DNA from: Bugula neritina
Taxonomy: Eukaryota > Animalia > Bryozoa
Length of the DNA: 64,000 bases
Direction of reading: 5' to 3'
Assembly: GCA_964035545.1 (NCBI GenBank)
Contig: OZ037769.1
Coordinates: 7,545,929-7,609,928 of the forward strand
Shown here piece by piece: positions 1 to 11,805 of this stretch. The position numbers and the translations under genes were made by a program. Each line of letters opens with the position of its first letter. Position 1 is the first letter of the stretch. The notes below the pieces were generated by a model, which made no database searches, was not told the DNA's origin, and saw only the letters and a list, made by a program, of their open reading frames with translations.

Positions 1-169
1 AAATAGGTGCGGGCTATGTTTCTCAACATTATCAGTGTGCATTTTATATTTCTTTATTATTCTTAGCACTGGAGCATTCAAAGTTATTTATTTTATTATA
101 TTGGAAATAGATAATATAATATGTTGTCTTGCAATTATTTGTTAGTAATACATGTAATGTATGTTGTAG

Positions 170-907
170 ATAGAATTATATGGTTACTATCTACCTCACG
201 CGTCTTTGTCAGATATTATAGATATCTTCTTGTCACTAATGACCATAGACGGTGATAAATACTTCCTGTGTCAAATAGACCAATTCAAGCAAATTGCTGA
301 GATTATTGAACATATTGAAATGCCTCTTAGGACCAGGTCAGTATTGTAGCATTCGTCTGGAGAACTACGCTAATTTAATGTTCACATTCGGGAATAATTG
401 TCTAGATTTATCTTAACTAACTAGTGTTGTAGCAGAGTGTTTTCAAATTGGGGTTTGAAATTTGTAAAGCTTGCAGTTAGCTGTAGTATCATTCAGTGTA
501 TTCATGGTGATATAATTGTAGGTACGTGTTCTGCTGTGCCCCCATCCCACTGCAGTCTGCGTTTGTTGCTACTATGTTACTCAAATACGCCCGACAATTC
601 TCAGCTGGCCAGCCAATCACTGTTTTTATTCACACACGTGACTACCTGCTGAAAAATTTATTAGTTTACTGTTATTCAACAACTTTAGAGCTAGCTATCG
701 AGTTTGTGATAATTGTTTTAATTTCGAATTTTCCATGTGGCAACTGTTACAGATGTATCCCCATTTAGACTACGTTAAAGATTTACGCCATGCCTCAAAC
801 CTGACTTCCCCGGCTCAGCTTATTCCACTAGCTCGTGCGAAACAGAGAAAGATAGTTATTCACGCAGGGCCAACTAACAGCGGGAAAACATATCATGTCT
901 TTCAAAG
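170..907 (+). pseudogene. SUPV3L1: SUV3-like mitochondrial RNA helicase, exons in rearranged order (partial)
   Basis: Exons 170-336 and 522-~621 splice in frame (ag/gt) to IELYGYYLPHASLSDIIDIF...IEMPLRTRYVFCCAPI...LLKYARQFSAGQPIT, matching the SUV3 C-terminal domain. Exon 753-907 encodes MYPHLDYVKDLRHASNL...RKIVIHAGPTNSGKTYH, the SUV3 N-terminal Walker A region. Confidence 0.8.
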
Positions 908-1403
908 GTTTGTGTACTTCAATTCTCCATTATCTAATCGCATGTTTAACAAGATAGCTTTTCTGCAAGAGTATTGTACTCTCGTGGACAAAGAAAATAA
1001 AATTAAATATTAAATATTTTGTTAGAAGAATCTTATTATCCCTTTTTTCATTTCATTGCAAGGATCAATAATTTAGTTTAAACTTGATAATTTTATTACT
1101 TCTTTTTCAATATATTTTTGATTTTACTTTCCAACGAAACTGTTCGACTCCATAACTTGAGATGGCTTTAGAATATAATATTTTGTGGGTACAAAGCGTT
1201 TAGTAAAATCATTGGTCAATATTGTTTGTAGAATGCCCTACAAGTTAAAATCACAGTATTTTATTGCCACATATTTTGGTGATGTGCAGTTGTAAGACGC
1301 TTACTCTGTTTTACTACTTACTAGTGCCACGTGTTTGAGTTATTATGACAAATACAAAGTAGAAGCAAAACCGGTTGACTTCTAATACGTTTTTACTTTT
1401 TAG

Positions 1404-1682
1404 GTGCTAGCAGTAAATCTGGATGGAATATCCAAACTCAGCAAAGTAGCCAAGCAATGTTTAGGGTCTCGCGCAATAGCTGCGAAATGTGACCCAGGTA
1501 TTAGGCTGTGTTCTACTTTTAATGGTTTGGATACTTCTCTCTCCACCCCAGAATCTGTGATTAAATTGGACAGTGATTTGGCTATTGAAAAAGTGCCAAC
1601 TTCAGTTCGAAAACTGGTGTTGGGTGAACAAGTGAATGAAGTAGAGTCTATGGAAGTTGATGACCTGCCAGACCGAGACTAA
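1404..1682 (+). CDS. Probable terminal coding exon of an unidentified gene (92 codons)
   Basis: Polypyrimidine tract plus AG at 1402-1403, then an open frame with protein-like composition to TAA. Its phase is incompatible with the preceding SUV3 exon. Confidence 0.35.
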   Translation: MLAVNLDGISKLSKVAKQCLGSRAIAAKCDPGIRLCSTFNGLDTSLSTPESVIKLDSDLAIEKVPTSVRKLVLGEQVNEVESMEVDDLPDRD

Positions 1683-2139
1683 TATGCTTTTGCTAGATTT
1701 CAATGTATCTGTGAAGTTTTTCAAATTATTTTGCTCACTCTTGTCTTCTGCTAGTCACTGCATGCATAGTGTGTATTTTGCCATAAACAAAATCTATTGT
1801 AGTATTTGTATTTTTTTGGAGTGGCATACTTTATTTTTTCCCAATCAAAACTCTCATTGCCATTTAGAATTTAATCTTTAAACTTGTGTAATTTATTGTT
1901 CTAAATTAAATCACATTATTATTGACTTCGGTTCAGGCTTAGCAGTCTATTCCACTATTCATAAATCACAAATAGTTTCATGTTGTTTATATTTTATCAT
2001 AATAAAAATAATGACCTAAAACACTCCAATATAAATGTTACTCTGGGCTGAAAGTAATGAAAATATGTTATAGTTCAGTGGTAAAATTGTGTATGTAGTT
2101 GCCCACCCCAGAGTATAGATAGGCTCTATTGCTGATGCA

Positions 2140-4308
2140 CTTGGTTTGACCAAAATGTGGACATAGTACCTGTAGACCTCATGCAGTAATAAATTTTCAG
2201 TAACCCCTCCTACACAATGGGTATACTGTTTCTTGAAGACATTTTGATTTTATTTCTGGATTTCATCTTGGTTTTTCCAAAATTCCATTGCTTATTGACA
2301 AAAAAAACTCCTTCTAGCTGTCACTGCCTTGCTGAGGCCACATTGTTGGCATATTATCAGAATTCAGCTCCGCCAAAAAAAGCCTCACTTATAATTATGA
2401 TGGAATTAAAATTTAAAAACATGTTGTAGGTCTCCCTGTTCCTTAGAGCACCTGCTTTTCGAGTTTTCAATATTTTTTTGCAAAGTTATAGACAAAAAAC
2501 TACCCATTTTTGGCCAATTTTATCTGAAAAGTTTATTTTCCCAAACATTGTCGGAAACCTGAGAAATTTATGCATAGCAAATTTCTTTATCCTTTCTGTA
2601 TAGCCTTCATAGATTTTCTACGAATTAGTGAGTTATACACTGAAATGAAATATAATATTTGCCTTAGTAATCACCAATGCACAGCACTTCGCGCTTCAGT
2701 GAACAAGTAGAGATGAGAAGATGGAATGTTGATAGCTGCATATTATTCATAGTGTAATCTCAGGCTAAACAATCACAAGTAGGCAACACACATGCCACCC
2801 ACATAGCATTAACATAACAAGAACTTAAACTTGGGGGTTAAACTGGGGCCCACGGTCGGCGGAAGTTATCGTGGGCCGTCGCTGTTTAACCGCCTCCCAC
2901 TGCCGCGGGGGCAACTTCGTATGAAGTGCCCACCACTACCACAGCCCCAGCATACGGGGCCGCGCCTGTTGTCGACAGCTACCGACGACCTCCTGGGTCT
3001 CTCGGCTGTCGACTGCTGGCGCAGTTGCCTGATCTCGGCTAGCAGTTCTCGAATCAAGCTCGTGGTCAAGCTAGTAGATTCGTCTGCTGCTGCCGCTGCG
3101 ACCTGTACAGCTGTCTTCGCCGGCGACGTCGACACGTCGTCTGCCCCGACCTGCTGTATTGTCGCACCAGGTCGACTTGCACTGTCGGCTTGGAAATAGG
3201 CATTCCCAAGCCTTAGAGCTCTCTCCATAGTCTCAACTTCGGCCACCAGCAGATGCTGTTTCAGACCAATGTATTGACAATATGAAGCCCAAAGTTATTC
3301 AATTCAATTATTAGAAAAATTCTTAGACATTATTATTGTTATCATTTGAACTATTTTTAAAAAGTTTTATCTAAGACCAGGGATGTAGTGGTACCCATAC
3401 GGTCCCATACGCCGTATGGCCTAGAAGAAAATAGACTGTTCTAGGCCATACGCCCGTATGGGCATAATTATTTTTGAAAGATGATTAGTGCACAGGATAG
3501 TTTGGGCATCCTCACTGAGAATATCATAAATTTCGCTCACAATCTAATTTAAGTTCTTGTTATGTTAATGCTATGTGGGTGGCATGTGTGTTGCCTACTT
3601 GTGATTGTTTAGCCTGAGATTAGGCTACACTATGAACAATATGCAGCTATCAACATTCCATCTTCTCATCTCTACGTGTTCATTGAAGCGCGAAGTGCTG
3701 TGCATTGGTGATTACTAAGGAAACAATATTTTATTTTCAGTGTATAAATCACTAACTTGTAGAAAATCTATGAAGGCTATTGAAAAGATCAAAAAATTTG
3801 CCATGCATATTTTTCTTAGGTTTCCGACAGTGTTTGTTCTATTCGAATACCATGATTTCCTGCTGAGATATTTGGCAGGCATTGAAAAATAAATTTTTCG
3901 TCTAAAATTGGCCAAAAATGGGTAGATTTTTGTCTAACTTTGCAAAAAAATATTGAAAACTGGAAAAAGCAGGTGCTCTGGCGAACAGGAAGATCTTAAA
4001 CATGGTTTTTAAATTTTAATTCTAGCACAATTAAGTGCATGAGGTTTTATTTTTGCGGGACTGAATTCTTATAATATACCAATAATGTGGCCTCAGCAAG
4101 GCTGTGACAGCTAGAAGGTTGCCCTTATCTATCTTGTGTAGATTTGCATTTTGTCAATAAGCAATGGAATTTGGAAAAAACCAACATGAAATCCAGAAAT
4201 AAAATCAAAATGTCTTCAAGAAATAGTTATACCAGGTGTGTAGGAGAAGCTAATGAAAATTTATCACTGAGGTCTACAGGTACTATATCCACATTTTGGT
4301 CAAAAACC
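2140..4308. repeat. Large inverted repeat, arms ~2140-2830 and ~3548-4308
   Basis: For example catagcattaacataacaagaactta (~2801-2827) is the reverse complement of aagttcttgttatgttaatgctatg (~3551-3575). Similarity continues for ~700 bp with small indels. Confidence 0.9.
2831..3275 (-). mobile_element. Ty3/Gypsy gag C-terminal fragment with CCHC zinc knuckle
   Basis: ORF 2866-3246 contains CWGCGSGGHFIRSC (CX2CX4HX4C) in a GC-rich island. GLKQHLLVAEVETMERAL resembles GLHHQLLARGVTTVENA of the gag at 13.65 kb. Confidence 0.8.
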
Positions 4309-5203
4309 TAGCGTTATTGCATGTTAATTATTAATGCAATAAGGTTTTGCAAACTGTACACCACCATAAGTAGCCTTTTATGTTTGATTGTACTAACATC
4401 TGGCTTTACATTTAATCATCTTTTAGGTTAACACATATTAAACCTGTCATGTTTGTTCTTTTGGGGTATATTTCCTTGATGTATCTAGTGGAAGCTCAGG
4501 GGTTTTATTTTAAAACCAAGTTAACATACTCTTCTTGGGTGTGCTTTATTGTGTGTAAGGAGGTGTGGTGGTATCACCTTATAGATTACACTAGTAGCTA
4601 CTCTAATAAACTCCAAATAGGTTTTCAACCAATTTCTGCTTGCCAATGAGTTATCAATTCAAATTGCTCTTTATAAATAACCAACACACATTTTCTGATT
4701 AGCAATCTTCCTCTGTTCTGATCTATTATTCTTTTTCTGTGCACGGCAGTGTATTAGTTATTTAAAGTAATCAGGTTGCATTTGGAGAGCACTTGTTACC
4801 TGCCTCTATCCTTCCATCTTTTTGAGATGTTCAGCAATTTTTCTGTACAGGTTGAACTTAGTGTCAGAACAAACCTAACTGCAGTTGAGTAAGACTACAT
4901 TACATTACATTACAGTCAACAGGTATGGGACAAGACTGAATATTTATATAGTTTGCAGCAATGCCCAGTCGTCATGTAGCTGGTATGGTATGAAAATAAT
5001 AGCGAGGTGCACATTTCAACACAGATTTTTTCAGAAGAATTATAATTCACAATGCCTTTAAATTGCATAAATTTGCATCAAAAGCGCTCTGAGGGCTTCG
5101 GTGGCCGGGGCGCTGCCCCAGACCCCGCCGGGGGCCTGGGCGGCCCCCTGGACCCCCCCGGCCTGAGAGTATGGCCTAGAATATTTTTGCCACTACATCC
5201 CTG
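3378..5203. mobile_element. Non-autonomous DNA transposon, hAT-like termini
   Basis: Perfect 14-bp TIR CAGGGATGTAGTGG ... CCACTACATCCCTG, subterminal gtatggcctagaa repeats at both ends and a GC-rich subterminal block at 5095-5165. No 8-bp TSD is visible. Confidence 0.6.
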
Positions 5204-7552
5204 CGCACGTACGCACACACACACATGTATAATTATATGCACATAATATTGTCGAACAAAAATAAAATGAAATTTAAAATAAATTATAAATTTCTATGTA
5301 TTGAATTATTTATTAAAATTGAATTTTCTAGTTACTAGATAGTTGGTTGGAATTGATCAAAGGAAGATCATTAATAATTTAGATATTACTTGATAATTTT
5401 GCTTTTAAAATTAGTGTGTGCCATCCAGCAACTGTAGAATAAAAATAGGAGTTATCTCTGCTCGACAAATGTTAATTTATGGTTTGGTTTGGCAATATTA
5501 TTCATGTATAAACAGTATGTGTGGTTCTATGTGTATTATGTAATGGTAGCACTCAGGTTATAAATTTCGTGAGACAAATTTAGGAGCTGCCTTTCCGGAA
5601 ATGAATAAAACCATGAATTTTGTATACGTTTTAGAATATCTATTTGATATTAATATGAAAACAAAAATATAAGATACGTAAAATTATTATAATAACCAAA
5701 CCCAAAAGAATTAAAATAAATGTATCCTAGCAATCCTTTGGAATCTTGCTGTAAATAATATACTGGCAAAAATTGATAAGCCTTTTTAACATAAATTTAG
5801 TGTAGCTCTAAAGATCAAACGATTTTAAGATAGTTTCCTCAAACACAACTCACACCTCAAAATAAATTCTCCAATTTCAACAATATTTTCTTTAAGTACA
5901 ATTTGTGTGACTCCAAAATAAATTTTTCAAGTATAACTTACACAACAACAAAATAGGTAAATAAAATTAGTACATCACTCTTGATAAACAAAAATAGATC
6001 AAGCTACTTACTGTAGGTAAATGCTTCAGTCCAAAAAAATGGTGTACGTTAGTATAACGATTTAATACGTATTTAATTTAATGATTTAATAAAAGTTGTG
6101 CCGCACTAAAATTCTTCCAATCGCCGACATTGCCAACTCCTCCAGCCGTTAACCAACGCTAACCTTCCATAACTCTATTGTTGCTGCTTCTGTGCTGCCT
6201 TTGATAGTCGAGATTTTGAGTTTTCAGGGTGTCAGCAATGACTCTAGCTCGATTGATCAACCAAGTAAGTTGCTGGTTGGCCCGCAGCTTCAGATCAAAC
6301 AATGCACTGGAAAAGGAATTGTTGATGGGAACTTCTTGGCTTTGATCGTATAAGGATCTCTAAGGCTCATAAGTTATACCAGCATTAGTTGTACCATAAC
6401 CCATAGTCTGGAATATATGTTATATAACAAAATGATATAATATATAATAATATGTATTAGTCGTTGTTCACGTGTTAACCTTGTAGATTTCAGATTTTAT
6501 AAGTGAAGTAAACACCAGGTTATATCAAATCTGTATAATTCATCAAGTAAATAATTAACATCTATATGTTAGTATGACTGAATAAATATATACGCCCCAG
6601 TTTTATTCATGTTTGTTCACCAATTAATGTTCATGTAAGAAGAGGTTGAGATTACAAATCCCAACACGTGAACAGAAACATGCACGTAGAATTATCCCTA
6701 TACCACAATTAGGCTACTTGTATAATACCATAAGCATGTTATATTTGCATTATTCAAAGAGCTAGAAATCATACGTTTAGTATATTAATGCATTTCTTGT
6801 TTAAAGCAATTCCCATATAGTATCATGACGCCTAGCTCATTTGTATATTTCAATTTTAGCTGTCCTCGAGTAATATTTCCATTGCTTTCAGAATATGTAC
6901 TCCATATTCTTTCTTGAATTTTGTAGATACAGTGTAGTCTACATACCGTGACAGAGCAGATGTAATAATTTATAGTTACGTCAACCTGACACAGCAGTCA
7001 TCTCACTGAAAGTCTCAAGGAGGCAGGCAAACTTCAGCACCAACGAAACCATATTTCAGCAAGCTGGTGGAATATCTTAAATTAGGTATAACTTGTAAAA
7101 TACAGAAGTAAAAGTTAAACATAAAAGGGAAAGAAGACGTCATACATCTATAATTATTTACTGTCCCAAGAATAGCATATTTTTCAAGAACTCTGACTTT
7201 CTGGGAAGTAAATTATAATTTACCACCACTATATCAGATTACATTTACTTGGTAAATTATTTACTTGGCATAGCCTACTCAAATTGTTAACTCTACTATA
7301 GTCATTCTCAGCATATTATTCTCTGTAAATTTATTACATTATTGTACAGTATCTACTCCAAAAAAACACAACACACTATGTATTCTCTAATCTGACAATA
7401 TACATGCCAATTATTTACTAAAAATTTTAAAAATAGCATAAATTAAGTAGTATTACTATGCCTATTTTCATCCAGTTCACTAATCTTACATTTATAGCAA
7501 TTGTAATGTATTTTGTGTAAAATGGTTATTGCAACCATTATTCTATTCATAT

Positions 7553-10500
7553 TGTAATAATTTCCAGAATTATTATTGTGGTGGATTTTACCGCATGCCA
7601 TTACGGTAGTGGTCGAGTTACGCAACTTGACAACAATTACACAAGCTTAGCGTGAGAAAGATAGGTATCTTTATAATAATATCACAAAAAGGGATCACAT
7701 CCAGTTACCCTGAATAGAGGGGTTTCAGACATCCCTCCAGAGGAATTTGTATTTTAAAGTTGTCTCCCCCTACAGGTATTAGGGGCAGTCTCAATGATAT
7801 ATAGAAGGCCCATAAAATAAGTAGAGATGTATGGTTTGAGTGAAGACTACTACTAGTATAAGTTTCATTTTTTCTGAGATTAATATTTTGGCATAGGTAC
7901 ACATATGAGCAGTTTCAGAAATTTTTTAAAAAATTTTGTTAATGATAAATGGCACAAAAAGAAAACTTCAAAGCATATTTGTGGTTTTGGTTATTGAGCA
8001 AATCTGAAGCTGGCAGCTGTCATTATGATTTGCTTTGCTGACTGTAACCAGTCTGGTTAGAGCTGCTAACCTTTCAACTCTTAGAACAATAATAACATGC
8101 TCGTACACTATATAGCTGCACTAGTGGGCTCTGTCTTACTGAACTCCATATGCTCCAAATTATGGGTTGGAACACATGCCTGTACGTTTATGAAGGCACT
8201 GGCTCATTTGTATTAACATGTTCACGTACTTACACACCTATACTATGAAAATAACTAAGCCACCCTACTATCTAATATTTCTATATATCAAAAAGATTAT
8301 TATAAATATAAAGATATGTACTAAAATAGATAGATTAAATTTGTAATTTCAAACAACATCTTATCTAAAAATGCCAAACACTGTATAACTATATATATTT
8401 TTTAAAAGCATTTGTTTACATGGCATGCCTGCAAGTCAATGAAAATATTTAAAGAACAGTAAGAAGAAGCATATAAATTTCAGAATAGTTTCTTTTTTTC
8501 TGAGATAAATATTTTGAAAATGTCCCACAATTCAACATGTAAATTAAGTCTGTAAAAGAATTTTTCACAGTGTATTTTCAATGAATAATTATTCTTGCAA
8601 GCTGTTTGTATACCAACATTCCTAATAAAGAAATGTTTTTGGAGCATTGTAAATTGTATACTGCTGCATTGCAGAAAAAAAATCATTAAAAAAAAGCACT
8701 TTTCAGCCAAAGCAACTTATTTTGTTTTCAAAAAAAAGTTGAAATGTACATTTAGTACCAGCTGTAAAGTATAGAAAGAACGAACTATGTCATAATGACT
8801 GCATTCTTATGACACTAATAAAATTAAGATTGGCTTTACTCCATGCGGATCTTGCTTAAAGGTGGAGTTCTAAATGATGCTACTAAGTTTCACTAAATTC
8901 CCAGATAATACTTTTTATATCAAATCATTTGGCTTTACTGATTTAGCTATATTATGTACATTTTGTACTTATTTATCTCTAGGTCAGTTTTCAGCCATAT
9001 ATTTGACCGCATTGCTATACTTCCTTTGTGCCAGCATTCTCTCCTTTATATCTTTTCTGTGGTTTCTAATAATTTTCAGTGGTATGTCACTGTATGTAAA
9101 CTATGTTAACCATCAGGCTATCTCTTATACAATGCATGCTGCTATAAGAATAACAGCAGCTGTTTTATATTCAATCAACCTCGTTGCAAGAATTTTGTTT
9201 GCTTGAAGCTCTCTGTTGAGTAGCTGTCTCTCTATATTACATAACTGTTTATTCATGAAAGTGCACGATGAGAACTGTCCGACTTTAGCTGTCTAACTTA
9301 AATTACATTATATAGGATTACATCACTACATAATAAGCTGATTAAACAACACATATAAATCGGCCAAAAACACCACACACTTGACTAGCTCTAGTTTGAC
9401 TCATTTATATTTCGAGTTTTTCACATTACTTGAACATGCTTTAGCCAATTTGTTGCATTATTTTTCATCCATACATGTAATACAAAGATTTAGTATATTA
9501 TTTTTTAGGTTTGAATTGTCTAATAGGCAGGTATCGCAGATATTTAATCAGACTGCGAAGTTGCTTAGAGAAGCTCTAAATCCAATGATAGTATTTTATC
9601 GACACGAGGAGGTTAATAAAACAATTCCACCTCAATGAACTTTGACCTAGTTACCTAGACCACTGTAAAATGGCATGCCAGAACAAACACAAACCAGCTT
9701 GCAAGAATAATTATTCATTGGAAATACACTGTGAAAAATTCTTTTACAGACTTAATTTAAATGTTGAATTGTGGGACATTTCCAAAATATTTATCTCAGA
9801 AAAGAAGAAACTATTCTGAAATTTATATGCTTCTATTTACTGTTCTTTAAATATTTTCATTGACTTGCAGGCATGCCATGTAAACAAATGCTTTTAAAAA
9901 ATATATATAGTTATACAGTGTTTGGCATTTTTAGATAAGATGTTGTTTGAAATTACAAATTTAATCTATCTATTTTAATACATATCTTTATATTTATAAT
10001 AATTTTTTTGATATATAGAAATATTAGATAGTAGGGTGGCTTAGTTATTTTCATAGTATAGGTGTGTAAGTACGTGAACATGTTAATACAAATGAGCCAG
10101 TGCCTTCATAAACGTACAGGCATGTGTTCCAACCCATAATTTGGAGCATTTGGAGTTCAGTAAGACAGAGCCCACTAGTGCAGCTATATAGTGTACGAGC
10201 ATGTTATTATTGTTCTAAGAGTTGAAAGGTTAGCAGCTCTAACCAGACTGGTTACAGTCAGCAAAGCAAATCATAATGACAGCTGCCAGCTTCAGATTTG
10301 CTCAATAACCAAAACCACAAATATGCTTTGAAGTTTTCTTTTTGTGCCATTTATCATTAACAAAATTTTTTAAAAAATTTCTGAAACTGCTCATATGTGT
10401 ACCTATGCCAAAATATTAATCTCAGAAAAAATGAAACTTATACTAGTAGTAGTCTTCACTCAAACCATACATCTCTACTTATTTTATGGGCCTTCTATAT

Positions 10501-10748
10501 ATCATTGAGACTGCCCCTAATACCTGTAGGGGGAGACAACTTTAAAATACAAATTCCTATGGAGGGATGTCTGAAACCCCTCTATTAACATAAGAAAAAG
10601 TATCCTGTACATGAGAACATCTAAACACTAGCAACCCTACTCTCTAAGGCACTGTCTGGAAGCTCTCTGCTTCGTAGGGAGTAAGCACGTTCTTCAACAT
10701 GATTGGATACTCCTATACTCTATTGCGCCTAATACGGAGGGTAGTATG

Positions 10749-10751
<3 letters not shown>
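7553..10751 (-). repeat. 3' LTR of the Gypsy element, split by a DNA transposon (LTR parts 7553-7715 and 10586-10751)
   Basis: The uninterrupted LTR reads ccctgaattaacataag. Here it reads ccctgaAT[insert]ATtaacataag. Confidence 0.9.
7716..10583 (+). mobile_element. PIF/Harbinger-superfamily (ISL2EU-like) DNA transposon remnant with ~890-bp TIRs
   Basis: Near-identical TIRs 7716-~8605 and ~9695-10583 (AGAGGGGTTTCAGAC...GTCTGAAACCCCTCT), with a 2-bp AT TSD. Internal RFELSNRQVSQIFNQTAKLLREALNPMIVFYRHEEVNKTIP resembles the Harbinger-type transposase HTH region. Confidence 0.8.

Positions 10752-10821
<70 letters not shown>
10751..10821. repeat. (TA)n microsatellite
   Basis: Pure TA run directly after the LTR. 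Confidence 0.97.
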
Positions 10822-10823
<2 letters not shown>

Positions 10824-11087
10824 CAAATACATGAGCAATACCGAAAATAACCACAATATATATAAAAACATGATAAAAAAAGGACGGATACCATCCGCAT
10901 GTAATGCACAGTCTATATATACAGAAAAGTCTATTATTATGCAGTGTACTATGTAATGGGAAACCAGACATGGAGTTAATAGGCACCAACTGACGACGTA
11001 GGGGTGTCACACAGACGCCAATAATTGAGGAGGTAGAGAGAGAGATGGGTCACACAGACCGGTAACACCACCTGAAACGGGAGAGAT

Positions 11088-11805
11088 TATCTATCATCAT
11101 CTTGGGCTGCCTGTTAGAGTTTTGCGACAAAATCCTTGAGGGCCTGTAACTCACTGGCCGCGGCTGATATACTCGGAGCAAGCTGATGGACTTCCCTTTC
11201 CAGTTCACTTGTACAGAGTTCAACTTCTCACAGATTTTGGGCTAGGGGCGGACGTCGGGCAGGAAATAAGGAATTCCACCGTCTCTTGCGGATCGGGGGC
11301 GGAAGAGGGGAAAGGGAACGTCTAGCCGGTAGTGGTCTAGAAGACTGAGTCTCCACGCGTTGTAGCAAAACGTGAGGAAGAGAATTGAGGAGAGAGGTGG
11401 AACTCGATATCTGTTGTGCCGCACTCGGTTTCCGGTAGTTAGGAGGTTTGGTGACTGGGCCATGGGTAACTTATCTGGGTCAAGTTTGGTCGGAGACGAA
11501 AGGCTGCGTATTAACTCCAGGAATCTAGGGTAAGAGATTTCGTCTACGTCATATATATTGCCCTGAAAACAGTTCATAATCCTTCGATGTCGGAGGATGT
11601 AGTCCCTATGATAGCTGAATTCTCCGCAGGGACAAAATGTTGTGATATAGTGCTGGGGAAGATGTAACTGCTGCCTGCGAGGGGTGGTGAACTGCTGTTG
11701 GCAGAGGTGGCACGTCGTGTTGTCTGCGTCTCCTCGTTGGTTGAGTATCGTCCGTTCCGTCTCTGGCGCCATCCAGCACGTTTTAGCTTCTAGGGCGTGT
11801 GGCAA
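11088..11805 (-). pseudogene. Extra ORF inside the Gypsy element: C2H2-like zinc fingers plus coiled-coil tail (degenerate)
   Basis: CHLCQQQFTTPRRQQLHLPQH and CPCGEFSYHRDYILRHRRIMNC. A downstream frame reads EVELCTSELEREVHQLAPSISAAASELQALKDFVAKL with point-mutation-type stops. Confidence 0.6.

Noticed and set aside
6165-6360. Possible minus-strand exon (YDQSQEVPINNSFSSALFDLKL...)
   Set aside because: No recognisable homology and no partner exons I could join in frame. Left unannotated.
7705-7902. Duplicated 63-65 aa ORF (also 10397-10588)
   Set aside because: Both lie in the TIRs of the nested transposon, so the identity reflects the repeat rather than a gene.
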